A DNA stretch of 48,647 bases from Macrostomum lignano (lineage: Eukaryota): the NCBI GenBank assembly GCA_002269645.1, contig NIVC01004359.1, forward strand, positions 1 to 48,647. Direction: 5' to 3'. The position numbers were made by a program, and so were the translations under genes. Positions 26,338 through 36,900 of this stretch are shown here, piece by piece; the first letter of the stretch is position 1, and each line of letters opens with the position of its first letter. The notes beneath the pieces were generated by a model. It did not search any database. It saw only the letters and a program-made list of their open reading frames with translations, and was not told the origin of the DNA.

Positions 26338-27604
26338 CAGACTCCCCAGTATAACAAAGCCATTCCAGAGTCACGCTATGGTCCGACCAGCCCAAACCGG
26401 ACCAGGAGACAGCACTTTACTCACCTTGTTAAGCTTCAGCTTGAGTCAGCAGTCCGACAAGTTCGAATTGTGCGCGAACGGCAGTGCTTTTAATCTTGAT
26501 AAGTTGGCGCAAACACAGATAAGAGCTTCGTTTGTACGGACTTGATCGAACACAAATATTGAACTACTAACAGTAGGCTATATAGTTTATGTATTATATC
26601 TTCGCAGAGAAGTCCAATATCTTTGAGTCTCTTAATTACGCTTTTTATTTAATATAGCTCTTACTATCACTTTGCACCAAGCACTTTGCAACTTTGCACT
26701 TTGCACTTTGCAGTCACTTTGCAACCAAGTTGTATGCACATCAAGATATAGAAGCGAACACTGTCTTTTGATGTTTCCATCAGCTACTGAAAACACATGG
26801 AAAATATATGGCTGTGAAATTTTACTGGAGCACATTTGGAAGCCAAAAATGCATATAAATATAGCAAACAGATACAGCTGCATATGTGTAAGTTTTTGGC
26901 TTTTGCCGATTCTATAACTAAAAGCTATAACAAAAGGTTGCAGAACTTTTTGATCACCCCTCGTATTATCTATTCAATAAAATTGGACACCCGTCATGCA
27001 GGCGCGCTTGACAAGTTCTTCATTGTCCAGTCTGAATGCAAATTGTCACGCTGCATGAGGCAGCGCTTATTAAATTGCATGTATTGTGTGCGACAACTGG
27101 ATAATTAGTTGAAAGTTGTCGAGCACAGGTATAATTGCACACGGCCTTCTCAAAGCTTAGTTGAAATCTTCACCAACTGATATCTGCAAGCATCTGACCG
27201 CGCAAGAAAAGCAAGCATTTGGCTATTTTTATGTTTTTATTGAAATACATGTAGTATTGTCATACAGTAGATGAAAATGAAAATGAAAATGAAATACATT
27301 TATAACTCAAATATCCCGTTTCGCAGCGATGATTTTTCTATCTTGGAGTGGCGCCTTTTGATACAAAGGGGTGCCATTTCAGTCGGGAGGGTGCCATTTC
27401 AGTCACATATCAGTTTCAGTCACCATTTCAGTCACCCTCCGCGAGGTGCAAAAGCGATCCGTCCCGCTCGAAAAGTCAAATCTATAAGTATAGAAGCATT
27501 GCCCAGCCTAATTGCTCAATGCTTAATTACAGAGTAGGCGCTTATTTCCGTTTTGCACGTACACTTCCGTGTACACTCAGAACCTCCGGCATTCGGAGGT
27601 TGTT

Positions 27605-27905
27605 GTACGAGTAGCTTAGTGGTCAGAGCGTCCGACGACTCCCGATTGAAAGGTTTGAGGTTCGATTCTTGAGCCACTCGGAACGATTTTGTCCTTGAAC
27701 AAGACTCTTGAGTCTGCATTGCTTTAGTTTACCCAGCTGTAAAATGGGTGCCAGCATTAGCTGGGGTAATTGAGGGTGTGTGGTGACCCCCAGTCCTTGG
27801 ACTGCAGCTTGGTACGCAGCTTTCAGATACACCACGCACTAGCTGCGGCTGAGCTGTCGGTTGCACATCTGGCCATTAGGGCAGGTGTAGTCAACTATTC
27901 TCATT
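27605..27905 (+). mobile_element. tRNA-derived SINE family 1, copy 1 (CORE-like body)
   Basis: A box TAGCTTAGTGG, B box GGTTCGATTC; body ACCCAGCTGTAAAATGGGTGCCAGCATTAGCTGGGGTAATTGAGGG is shared with the copies at 33.4 and 45.1 kb. Confidence 0.88.
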
Positions 27906-28212
27906 ATTAATATAACACTCGATTGGTACGAGCGTATTGTTAACAAAAGTACGCGCGGTTATATCTTCATAGGAAAAACTGGGTCCATATTCGCAATACG
28001 GAAATGATCACACTGCAGACTCGGAACTGGGAGCCGCGGTACCATGGAAAATGTATAAAAAAACGTTTTGTCTTTGACACCGCGATCGGCGCGAACTGTG
28101 CATGTCAGCATGGTGCTCCGCCGCAGCAGATATATCGCAAGACGATAAGATCCGAATCAGCTATCGCAAAAGACGTGATAACCTCTTTTAGGCAGTTAGG
28201 TACGTAATTCAA

Positions 28213-29165
28213 TACGTACCTAACTGCCTCCACCAGGACTTTCTCACTCAGAGACAGCCCCCCACACCCGAGACCTTGACCGAATCGCTCATTCTCAGCT
28301 CTACTAGAGTGCACTAAGAAGTTGCTCACGTAACCCGATCTAGCTTCGCAAAGACAAAACAATTTGATGCCATGTCGCGCTTTCTTGGAGGGAATATATT
28401 GACGAAACATGACGCGACCCCTGAACAGAACAAGCTCTTCGTCGACACTAATTTCTTTTTCTGGCATGTACACACTGCGATATATCTCAGCTACACGCGT
28501 AATAAATGGTCTTGCCTTTGCTAGCGGGTCGTTTTCATCAAAGTTGTTGCAGGCATAGAAGCGCTGCTGGCTACTGATCTGTTGGTACCTGTCCCTTGTC
28601 AGGCAAGCCAGTTGTTGGAAGAAAGGTGCATGTTGCGTAGAAATCATCTTTGCTCCAATAGTTGGCGATCTCGGGCTTTTTAACTATTCCCATGTAAAGC
28701 GACATGGCGACAAACTTCTTCATCTCGTCCACGGTCACGTCTTTCTACGCAGAGAACCTTTGAGGCAGGTTTGGCATCGGGATTGGTCCAAGCGCAGAGC
28801 TGTTGCAGTAGGTCAGCAGTCAGAAACAGCTTGAAAAACGCAGCTGGATTGTCATCGGCAGTCTCTGGCAAGTCAGGATCCACACCAGGCATTCCCAAGA
28901 ATTCGGGCTCTGCATCTGGCCATTGATCCTGCCCAGCTTCCCGTGCCACCCAAGCATCATTTGGCAAGCCTCCGGCGTCTTCATTTGGCTGGAGATGCAG
29001 GTCCTCCTCTTCTTCATCTTCACCCTCATCCGCTGTTAGCCAGCCTTCCTCCTCCTCTAGTTCGGAGTCGGTATCCGGATCAAAATGCACTTGAGCAGCC
29101 ATGACAAACACTGTCCGATACTTGGAAATTATTGCACTAAATAAAGCTGCTGATCGATGATTCAA
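28213..29165 (-). pseudogene. Decayed piggyBac-family (PGBD, DDE_Tnp_1_7) transposase, C-terminally truncated
   Basis: PAAFFKLFLT..WTN, KDVTVDEMKKFVAMSLYMGIVKKPEIANYWS, DPLAKARPF..YMPEKEISVDEELVLFRGR..RQYIPSKKARHGIKLFCLCEARSGY. Two frameshifts and a TAG at 28745-28747 where Trp is expected. Confidence 0.92.
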
Positions 29166-29920
29166 TTAACTAATTGGCACTTGAATTTTATCGTGTAGCT
29201 TCAAGCTTTCTTGATTTGATGAATCCCACAATTTTGCTGTGTCATTTATACCCACCCACCCGTCTATCCACCCCACCCCACTTTGTTTTTTGCTTTCATG
29301 TTTATCTTTTATTGCTACAAGTATAAGCTAATCCGCAAGCTACGTTGGTGAATAGAATCCCAACCAAGCACCAAATCCCAATCATTTGAATTCTTGCTCT
29401 TATGGTCTGATATCTATAATAATATCAGCACGATTATTATTGACACTTGTTGTAAGCTCAAGCCACGAGTGAAGCAGATGCAAATTGACAGCCCATTGTT
29501 CGTAGCTTCTTTTCTCGCGCAGAGGCTTGTCCCCAGCAGCCCAGTGGGACAGCTCCATCGCCCGGGGCAACGCGGAATGTCTGGCTAGAACTTTTCCGTC
29601 AATATGTGGTTGTAGGCTGTTTCCTACAGGCAGCTCCGAGAGTGGTAACAGAAATTCAAAGGCTTTCTGGAAAGGAAAGCACTTCGTAGAACACACTGAG
29701 CGTTTTTGGGAGTGGTTGAGAGCCAATGGGCTTAGTGAGCTGTGTGGTTAGTAGAGTGCAGGAGTCTGTACATTGAGTAGCTCTAGCACCTGCAGATGAC
29801 TTTCCCTTCTCCATTGGCTGGGCCATGCTTTTAGTCCATATTTTGTGCGCTTCTGAAGCCAAACTATGGTAAAACAGGCTCGCTTTTTGTTGCACTTTCA
29901 GATCCGACCCAAGCAGAGCC

Positions 29921-30256
29921 ATGAAAGCCAAAGCAAAGCCGGACAAATTGGCCAGCAAGTCGAAGCAGCAAAACGACGGAAAGGCGAGGCAGCAAAAATC
30001 AAAGCAGCCATCGAAGGAGGCCGTGATCAGGTCGAGGTCGGAGCAGCTGCAGCAACAGCAACAGCAGGAGCAGCAGACTTCGCAGCCTCAGGAGACGCCT
30101 CCGGAGCAGCAGCAAGCCAGTAAGCTGAGCGGCTACACCAAAGTTCATCAGGCGATTGACGCGACCCACACTGTGGCGCAGGCGCTGAGTCTGCTTGGCC
30201 TGCGGGAGGCGCCAAAACCCAAGCTGCCAAGGAGGCAGGGAAGGAGGAAAAAGTAA
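29921..30256 (+). CDS. Orphan 111-aa basic, Gln-rich protein
   Basis: Strong acceptor (tgcactttcag) ends at 29900, 20 nt before the ATG; G/C-rich third positions; ends KPKLPRRQGRRKK. No family recognised. Confidence 0.5.
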   Translation: MKAKAKPDKLASKSKQQNDGKARQQKSKQPSKEAVIRSRSEQLQQQQQQEQQTSQPQETPPEQQQASKLSGYTKVHQAIDATHTVAQALSLLGLREAPKPKLPRRQGRRKK

Positions 30257-30611
30257 CGACGCGCAGCGTACGAAGTGTCCTGACGACGTACAATTATCAT
30301 TTTTGTGTTTAACATTTCTTTAAACTCTCTTTAGACTCTTTTGTATGGAATTGTATCCGTGTTTCACGGAGCTCCACGGTGTTTTTATTGTCGTGAGAAG
30401 CGTTCAAACAGATATAAATATTTCTGGCAAAAATTTAAATTAGGAAAGGAAACGCGTGAAAAACACTTTGCATTACGACTCGTCAGCCTGTCGAGTTATC
30501 CAATCGAATGCTTAAGCTTTTTCACGCACTGAAGGTGTTTATGATAAAAACGCTTTGATTAGTTCGTATTAAGTACGCTCGTAACTATTCGTCCGTGATG
30601 TGATCTTATTG

Positions 30612-30952
30612 TCACGCCCTCAGATCCGCTTTCTTTCCATTGTCCTTTTTCAAGTCGTAGGCGGTGATAACATCCGGCATGGCTTTCTGTACGTACATCA
30701 TCGGGTCGCGAGGTCCGTCGAGCAGGAAGTGTGTTGTGAGGTGACCAACGCCCTTAACAGTGATGGAGCCCCTGGTCTCAAAGCTGTAGCCTCTCTGTTC
30801 CAGGCCTTCCCGCACGGTTCCCGTCACCTGTATGCGATCTTGAAGTCCGCTGCTCTCCATTCTTGAAGCGATGTTGACCGTGTCGCCCCAGATGTCGTAC
30901 TGGGGCTTGCGCGTGGCGATCACTCCGGCGATTACCACGCCGTGGTTCACTC
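30612..30952 (-). CDS. Adenylate cyclase last exon, C2a end
   Basis: [35 protein letters not shown]...[12 protein letters not shown]; AATAAA on the minus strand at 30384-30389. Confidence 0.96.
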
Positions 30953-33900
30953 CTGGGTTGTAAAGTGCTTAAATTTAAAGTAGAACTTGAACATACGCAG
31001 ATGCGTTACTTCTCAGTCGCAATAATTTTTACACTCGGTGGAGCAACTAACATCCTGATGTTCTTGGCATTCGACAGCTGAACAATCGCAGACAGTTTTA
31101 AGTATCTCTACATCACCACGAGAACTAAAAGTTTAGTCTATCACTTCAATCAATTTATATGGTTTTAATGCGAAAGGTGTGTGCGATTTTCGCTAAATTA
31201 CTTAAGCAGGGAAGGCACAGTTTCAATTACTTTTAAGTGTGACAACATCCCATACTCTATAAAATGTATTCATTTCAGGAAAATCTGAACAAATGACACA
31301 ATACCAAACAGACACAATTGACACAGTAGCAAACAGACACAACTGACACATTACTAAACAGACACAACTGACACAATACCAAACAGACACAACTGACACA
31401 ATACCAAACAGACACAACTGACAAAATAGCAAACAGACACAACTGACACAATACCAAACAGACACAACTGACACAATACCAAACAGACACAACTGACACA
31501 ATACCAAACAGACACAACTGACACAATACCAAACATACACAACTGACACAATACCAAACAGACACAACTGACACAATACGCTCGTAGCAAACAGACACAA
31601 CTGACACAATACGCTCGTAGCAAACAGACACAAGATACCAGAGACTAATCAGTGAAGTGGACTCACCGATGCGCATCTTGAACGAGGCGAACAGGTTGCG
31701 ATTGTGAATGCAGATGAGACGCAGCAGGGCGAGAGCAAAATCCGCTGTGTCTTCCAGGTGGCGCTGCCGTTGTTTCCTGCGCAGCTCCTGGCCGTCGCCC
31801 GGGTGCCGCTGGGTGTCGGCAGACAGGCCGGCAGCCGCCATGTAGGTGGAGCCGATAGTTTTAATTTTCTCCACGCAGCTGAACTGTCGTTGAAGATCGT
31901 CGAAATCTGAGATGATCTCGTTGAGCACTAGGCAGCAGGTCTGCTCATCGAATCTAGCCATGTCCATGTAGTACTCTGAGAAGTTGCAAATGGAAGCGAA
32001 GATCACGGTGGTCTCCCAGCAGTGCTCCGAGTAGATTTCCTGCGAGTTGAGAAAGTGCTCGGCCACGTGAGGCGGCAGGATGTTATTCACAAGCCGTTGA
32101 TTTTTTCGCTTCATCTTCTCCGTGCTCTTGTTGGCCTCGTAGGCTTGAGATTTCCACATGAAGTCAAGCCGGACGGTGATCTCCACCAGGTGAGACTGGA
32201 CCACCACGATGAGCAGAGCGGACAGGATTAACAGGTTGCAGTTGATCCACTGCAGAGGGAAATTATCCCGGTCAGCGCAGCAGTGCTTCTGCACCAAATC
32301 CACGCTGCGAAAGTCCGAATGAAAAGCGAAAAAGCTGGACAGAAGGTAGATGACGAACATGACCAGTCCGATGGCGGATTTCCACAGGAAACTGCTGTAG
32401 GTGAAGCAGGTCAGGCTGAGGATAGACAGCGAGGCCGAAAATGTTGTGTACTGGAAGTTGGGTTGGAAACGGTTTAGGGATGATTGCAATCGATAACTGG
32501 AAAATCTGTGCTGTTTGCCTATTTTGATATTGTTTCAGCTGTGTCAATTTAGTATTGAGTCTGTTTTTGTCTGTTTAGACTGTTGTGTGTATTTAGTATT
32601 GTGTCAGTTGTGTCTGTTTGGTATTGTGTCAGTTGTGTCTGTTTGGTATTGTGTCTGTTTAGACTGTTGTGTGTATTTAGTATTGTGTCAGTTGTGTCTG
32701 TTTGCTATTGTGTCTGTTTGGTAGTGTGTCAGTTGTGTCTGTTTGGTATTGTGTCAGTTGTGTCTGTTTGGTATTGTGTCTGTTTGGTAGTGTGTCAGTT
32801 GTGTCTGTTTGGTATTGTGTCTGTTTGGTAGTGTGTCAGTTGTGTCTGTTTGGTATTGTGTCTGTTTGGTAGTGTGTCAGTTGTGTCTGTTTGGTATTGT
32901 GTCTGTTTGGTATTGTGTCAGTTGTGTATATTTGGTAGTGTCGAAGCATTGATTTGGTATTGAATGCGACTCGAACACAAATACTCTGAAAGCCACAGTC
33001 AGATACTCCAAATACTACTAACAGTAGCTTAAATGCGTGCAAACTTGTCTGGCAAATTTAAATTTCACACACAGAGCTGAACTCTCACCTCGGGCATCGC
33101 CAGCTCTGCTCGATGGCAGACTCCGTCTGTCAGTGCACTGCTGCTCAGGCAGTAGGAAGTCCAGTTGCTGTCGTGTTGGCTGTTGACGTGGTCCTCCAAG
33201 TCCAAGCAACCAGTTTGTGTGAACTGTAAACGAATTCTTACGCGAAATATAAATTGCGCTTAACTTCAAAAATTCAAGGCTTGCATCAAGGTGAGCCATC
33301 TGTCGGCTATCTGTCGGTTAACAAATTTATTCGCCAACGAAGTCGAGTTGAAAAAGAGGATTTGGTTGTCCAAATCTCAAGGGGTTGCAGCCTAGTGGTC
33401 AGAGCGTCGGACACGCGACTTGAAGGTTGAGGGTTCGATTCCCGATCCCACTGGAACAATTTAATGTTCAACCCAGCTGTAAAATGGGTGCCAGCATTAG
33501 CTGGGGTAATTGAGGGTGTGTGACGACGACCCCCCCCCCAGTCCTTGGACTGAAAAGCCGTACGCATCGTTCAGATGCGCCGCGCAATAGCTGCGGCTGA
33601 GCTGTCGGTTGCACATCTGGCCCAATTATTATTTATTATTATCCAAAGATGGCAAACTTTACAGATCAGGCTTGGAGCGGCTTGTAACTAATTTGCAGGC
33701 TGTCATTGCATGCAGTTAAGTAAATATTACAAATAATTATTTCGCAAAACTGTGTTACCTTGGGAACCAAGATTGACACGAGATTAGCCACCATTCCGAT
33801 CAGTATGGAGCCGTTGACAAAAATTGACCAAATGTGTCCGCTCGCGATTTTCTGAAAAAAAAATAAAAATGTGTCAAAATGCTTACCTCTACTATGTAAG

Positions 33901-36900
33901 TAGACTAATGCGGATTTTAAATTCGCAACTCACCATTCGATCTGTTGTGAAGGCCACAGCGCAGGCGAACAGCGTGGTTAAGGTGACGAACGAGAACAGG
34001 TAAATTGGCACCATGGTCATCGAGCTGGAATGAGCGCGAGTTAATTGGTGAAAAGCATCTCATAAAACCAGCCTAAATGCTGGATTGTTTGCATTTGATT
34101 GGCATTGGGAAATGACAATAAGGGGAAAAAGGCTGAGTTGAGCTATCGACACTTCAGGATTCAAGTCGAGTGCTCTGCAAAGTTTGCAATAAGCACTTTA
34201 TGAGTCTCATTTAGAAGAGAGAGCAGGGCTCGTAACAGTTGAAAAATTATGGTCAAGTGAGAGACTTGGAAACTTCTGCAGTCTGGCTGAAGTCTCATAT
34301 CCTGGCTGTCTATGGGGATGATGAGCAGCTTTGATTAGCAGGTTGGTCCAAATTTGATGGCACTGTTGCCAAAACTAGAAATTCACTCGCTTTAACAGTT
34401 CAATATTAGTCCGCACCTCGAATCCACCGCCAGTCTGCATACCCTCAACCTGTCTACCAATCTGTGTCCCTATCTACCAATCTGTGTTCCTATCTACCAA
34501 TCTGTGTTCCTATCTACCAATATGTGTCCCTATCTACCAATCTGTGTTCCTATCTACCAATCTGTGTTCCTATCTACCAATATGTGTCCCTATCTACCAA
34601 TCTGTGTTCCTATCTACCAATCTGTGTTCCTATCTACCAATCTGTGTTCCTATCTACCAATATGTGTCCCTATCTACCAATCTGTGTTCCTATCTACCAA
34701 TCTGTGTTCCTATCTACCAATCTGTGTTCCTATCTACCAATCTGTGTTCCTATCTACCAATCTGTGTTCCTATCTACCAATCTGTGTTCCTATCTACCAA
34801 TCTGTGTTCCTATCTACCAATCTGTGTTCCTATCTACCAATCTGTGTTCCTATCTACCAATCTGTGTTCATATCTACCAATCTGTGTCCCTATCTACCAA
34901 TTTGTCTCCTTATCTTCCTATCTGTTCTCTATATCTACCAATCTAGCTCCCTATCTACCAATTTGTCTTCCTGTCCCTACCTACCAATCTGTTCTCCCAA
35001 TCTACCAATCTGTGTCCCTATCCACCAATATGTCTTCCTACCAACCTATACCAATCTGCCTCCCTATCTAGTACACATTAATTCACAATCAATTATCTAT
35101 CTCCAACTATACCCACACTGAACTTACCTACGCTGAGTCAGAATTTGAACGCAAAACGTGCCAGTGAGAAAGGCCAACAGAAGACAGCTGACTTCAATGG
35201 AGAAGTAGGGATCTCTCACGGTGCCGAACTGCAGATAGAGAGTTGCAGCGAAATGAACAAAATATATAAGGATGGTTAGGCTGTAACTATGAAGTTGACC
35301 CAGTTTATAATCCAAACTTTAACTCACACAGTGGGCAATAGTCTGACCTAGACTGTGACCTAGACTGTGACCTAGTCTGTCAACCAGCCTGTGACCCAGA
35401 CTGTGACCCAGACTGAGACCCAGACTGTGACCCAGATTACGAGTATGACCCAGACTGTGACTCAGACTGTGACCCAGACTGTGACCCGGACTGTGACCCA
35501 GACTGTGACCTAGTCTGTGACCTAGACTGTGACCCAGACTGAGACCCAGACTGTGACCCAGATTATGACCCAAACTGTGACCTAGTCTGTGACCTAGACT
35601 GTCAACCAGCCTGTGACCCAGCCTGTGACCCAGACTGAGACCCAGACTGTGACCCAGACTGTGACGTAGTCTGTCACCTAGACTGTGACGTAGTCTGTCA
35701 CCTAGACTGTGACCTAGTCTGTGACCTAGACTGTGACCCAGACTGAGACCCAGACTGTGACCCAGATTATGACCCAAACTGTGACCCAAACTGTGACCCA
35801 AACTGTGACCCAGACTATGGCTTTTATCAACAATAATCCTGATAAAAATATTCCCGACCTTCTTTTCCAGCCGGGGAAGCTTGAACCGCAGGTTGACGGG
35901 GTGGCAGTGCTCCTGGTACAAGCTGTCGATGGTATGAGACTGGATTGCCGAGCTCAACGCTTCGTTGATTACTGCATCATTGACGCTTCGAGTTCGGTTG
36001 CCGTGATCATCGACTCCCATTCTAGTGGCGATTGTTTAGAGTAGAGTAAAGTCGAGAAGAGTAGAATAGAATAGAGTAGAGTAGAGTAAAGTAGATAAGA
36101 GTAGAGTAGAATAGAGAAGAGTAGAGTAGACAAGAGTAGACTAGAGTAGAGTAGAGTAAAGTAGATAAGAATAGGGTAGAGTAGAGTAGAGTAGAGTAGA
36201 GAGTAGAGTAGACTAGACTAGACTAGACTAGACTAGAGTAGAGTAGAGTAGAGTAGAGTAGAGTAGAGTAGACTAGACTAGACTAGACTAGACTAGACTA
36301 GACTAGACTAGACTAGACTAGAGTAAACTAAAGTAGAGTAGAGTAAGGAGTAGAGTAGAATAGACTAGACTAGAGTAGACTAGACTAGAGTAGAGTAGAG
36401 AAGAGTAGAGTAGAATAGAGCAGAGAAGAAACAAGCAGACTAGAGCAGAGAGTAGAATAGACAGTAGCAAAGCACCAATGAAGCCAGGTATGCAAAAGCA
36501 AAACTGACCCAGCCACCTTTTATGAATGTGAGATGCCGGCCGCCTTCCCTGACCAGCAGGTTCTGCTGCATCGCCGCAGTGCTGAGGCTGCTGCTGCTGG
36601 TCAGCCGGCACCACCAGAAAAGTTTTCACCCGATGCTCTCTCAGATAAGCGTGCCGGCTTTCACCTTCGCCGTCCTCAAAGCTGTAATCTCCGCCGAGGC
36701 TGTCGCGGGTCACCTCGGTGATGTGCACCCGGCCAGGCCGGCCGCTGGACTCCAGGATCTCCGCCAGGTAGACGTCGCCCGACCAGACGTCGAACTGCAG
36801 TTTGTCGCGGCCGAGAACTCCGCAGATCACCGTGCCGGTGTGAATACCGACTCTCATGTCCACCGGGGCGTTGGTCATCACGCGGACTAGTCTGCCGATA

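Noticed and set aside
26415-26500. Minus-strand donor (CAAG|gtgagt) suggesting a 5' exon of another gene
   Set aside because: No downstream coding exon was found on the minus strand between 25 and 26.4 kb.
27900-29400. piggyBac termini (TTAA TSD, CCC..GGG TIRs)
   Set aside because: I could not find matching ends, so the element boundaries are not reported.
35319-35321. TAA recoding or readthrough to explain the cyclase junction
   Set aside because: All other nuclear genes here end in standard TAA, TAG or TGA. An indel or a micro-exon is more parsimonious.
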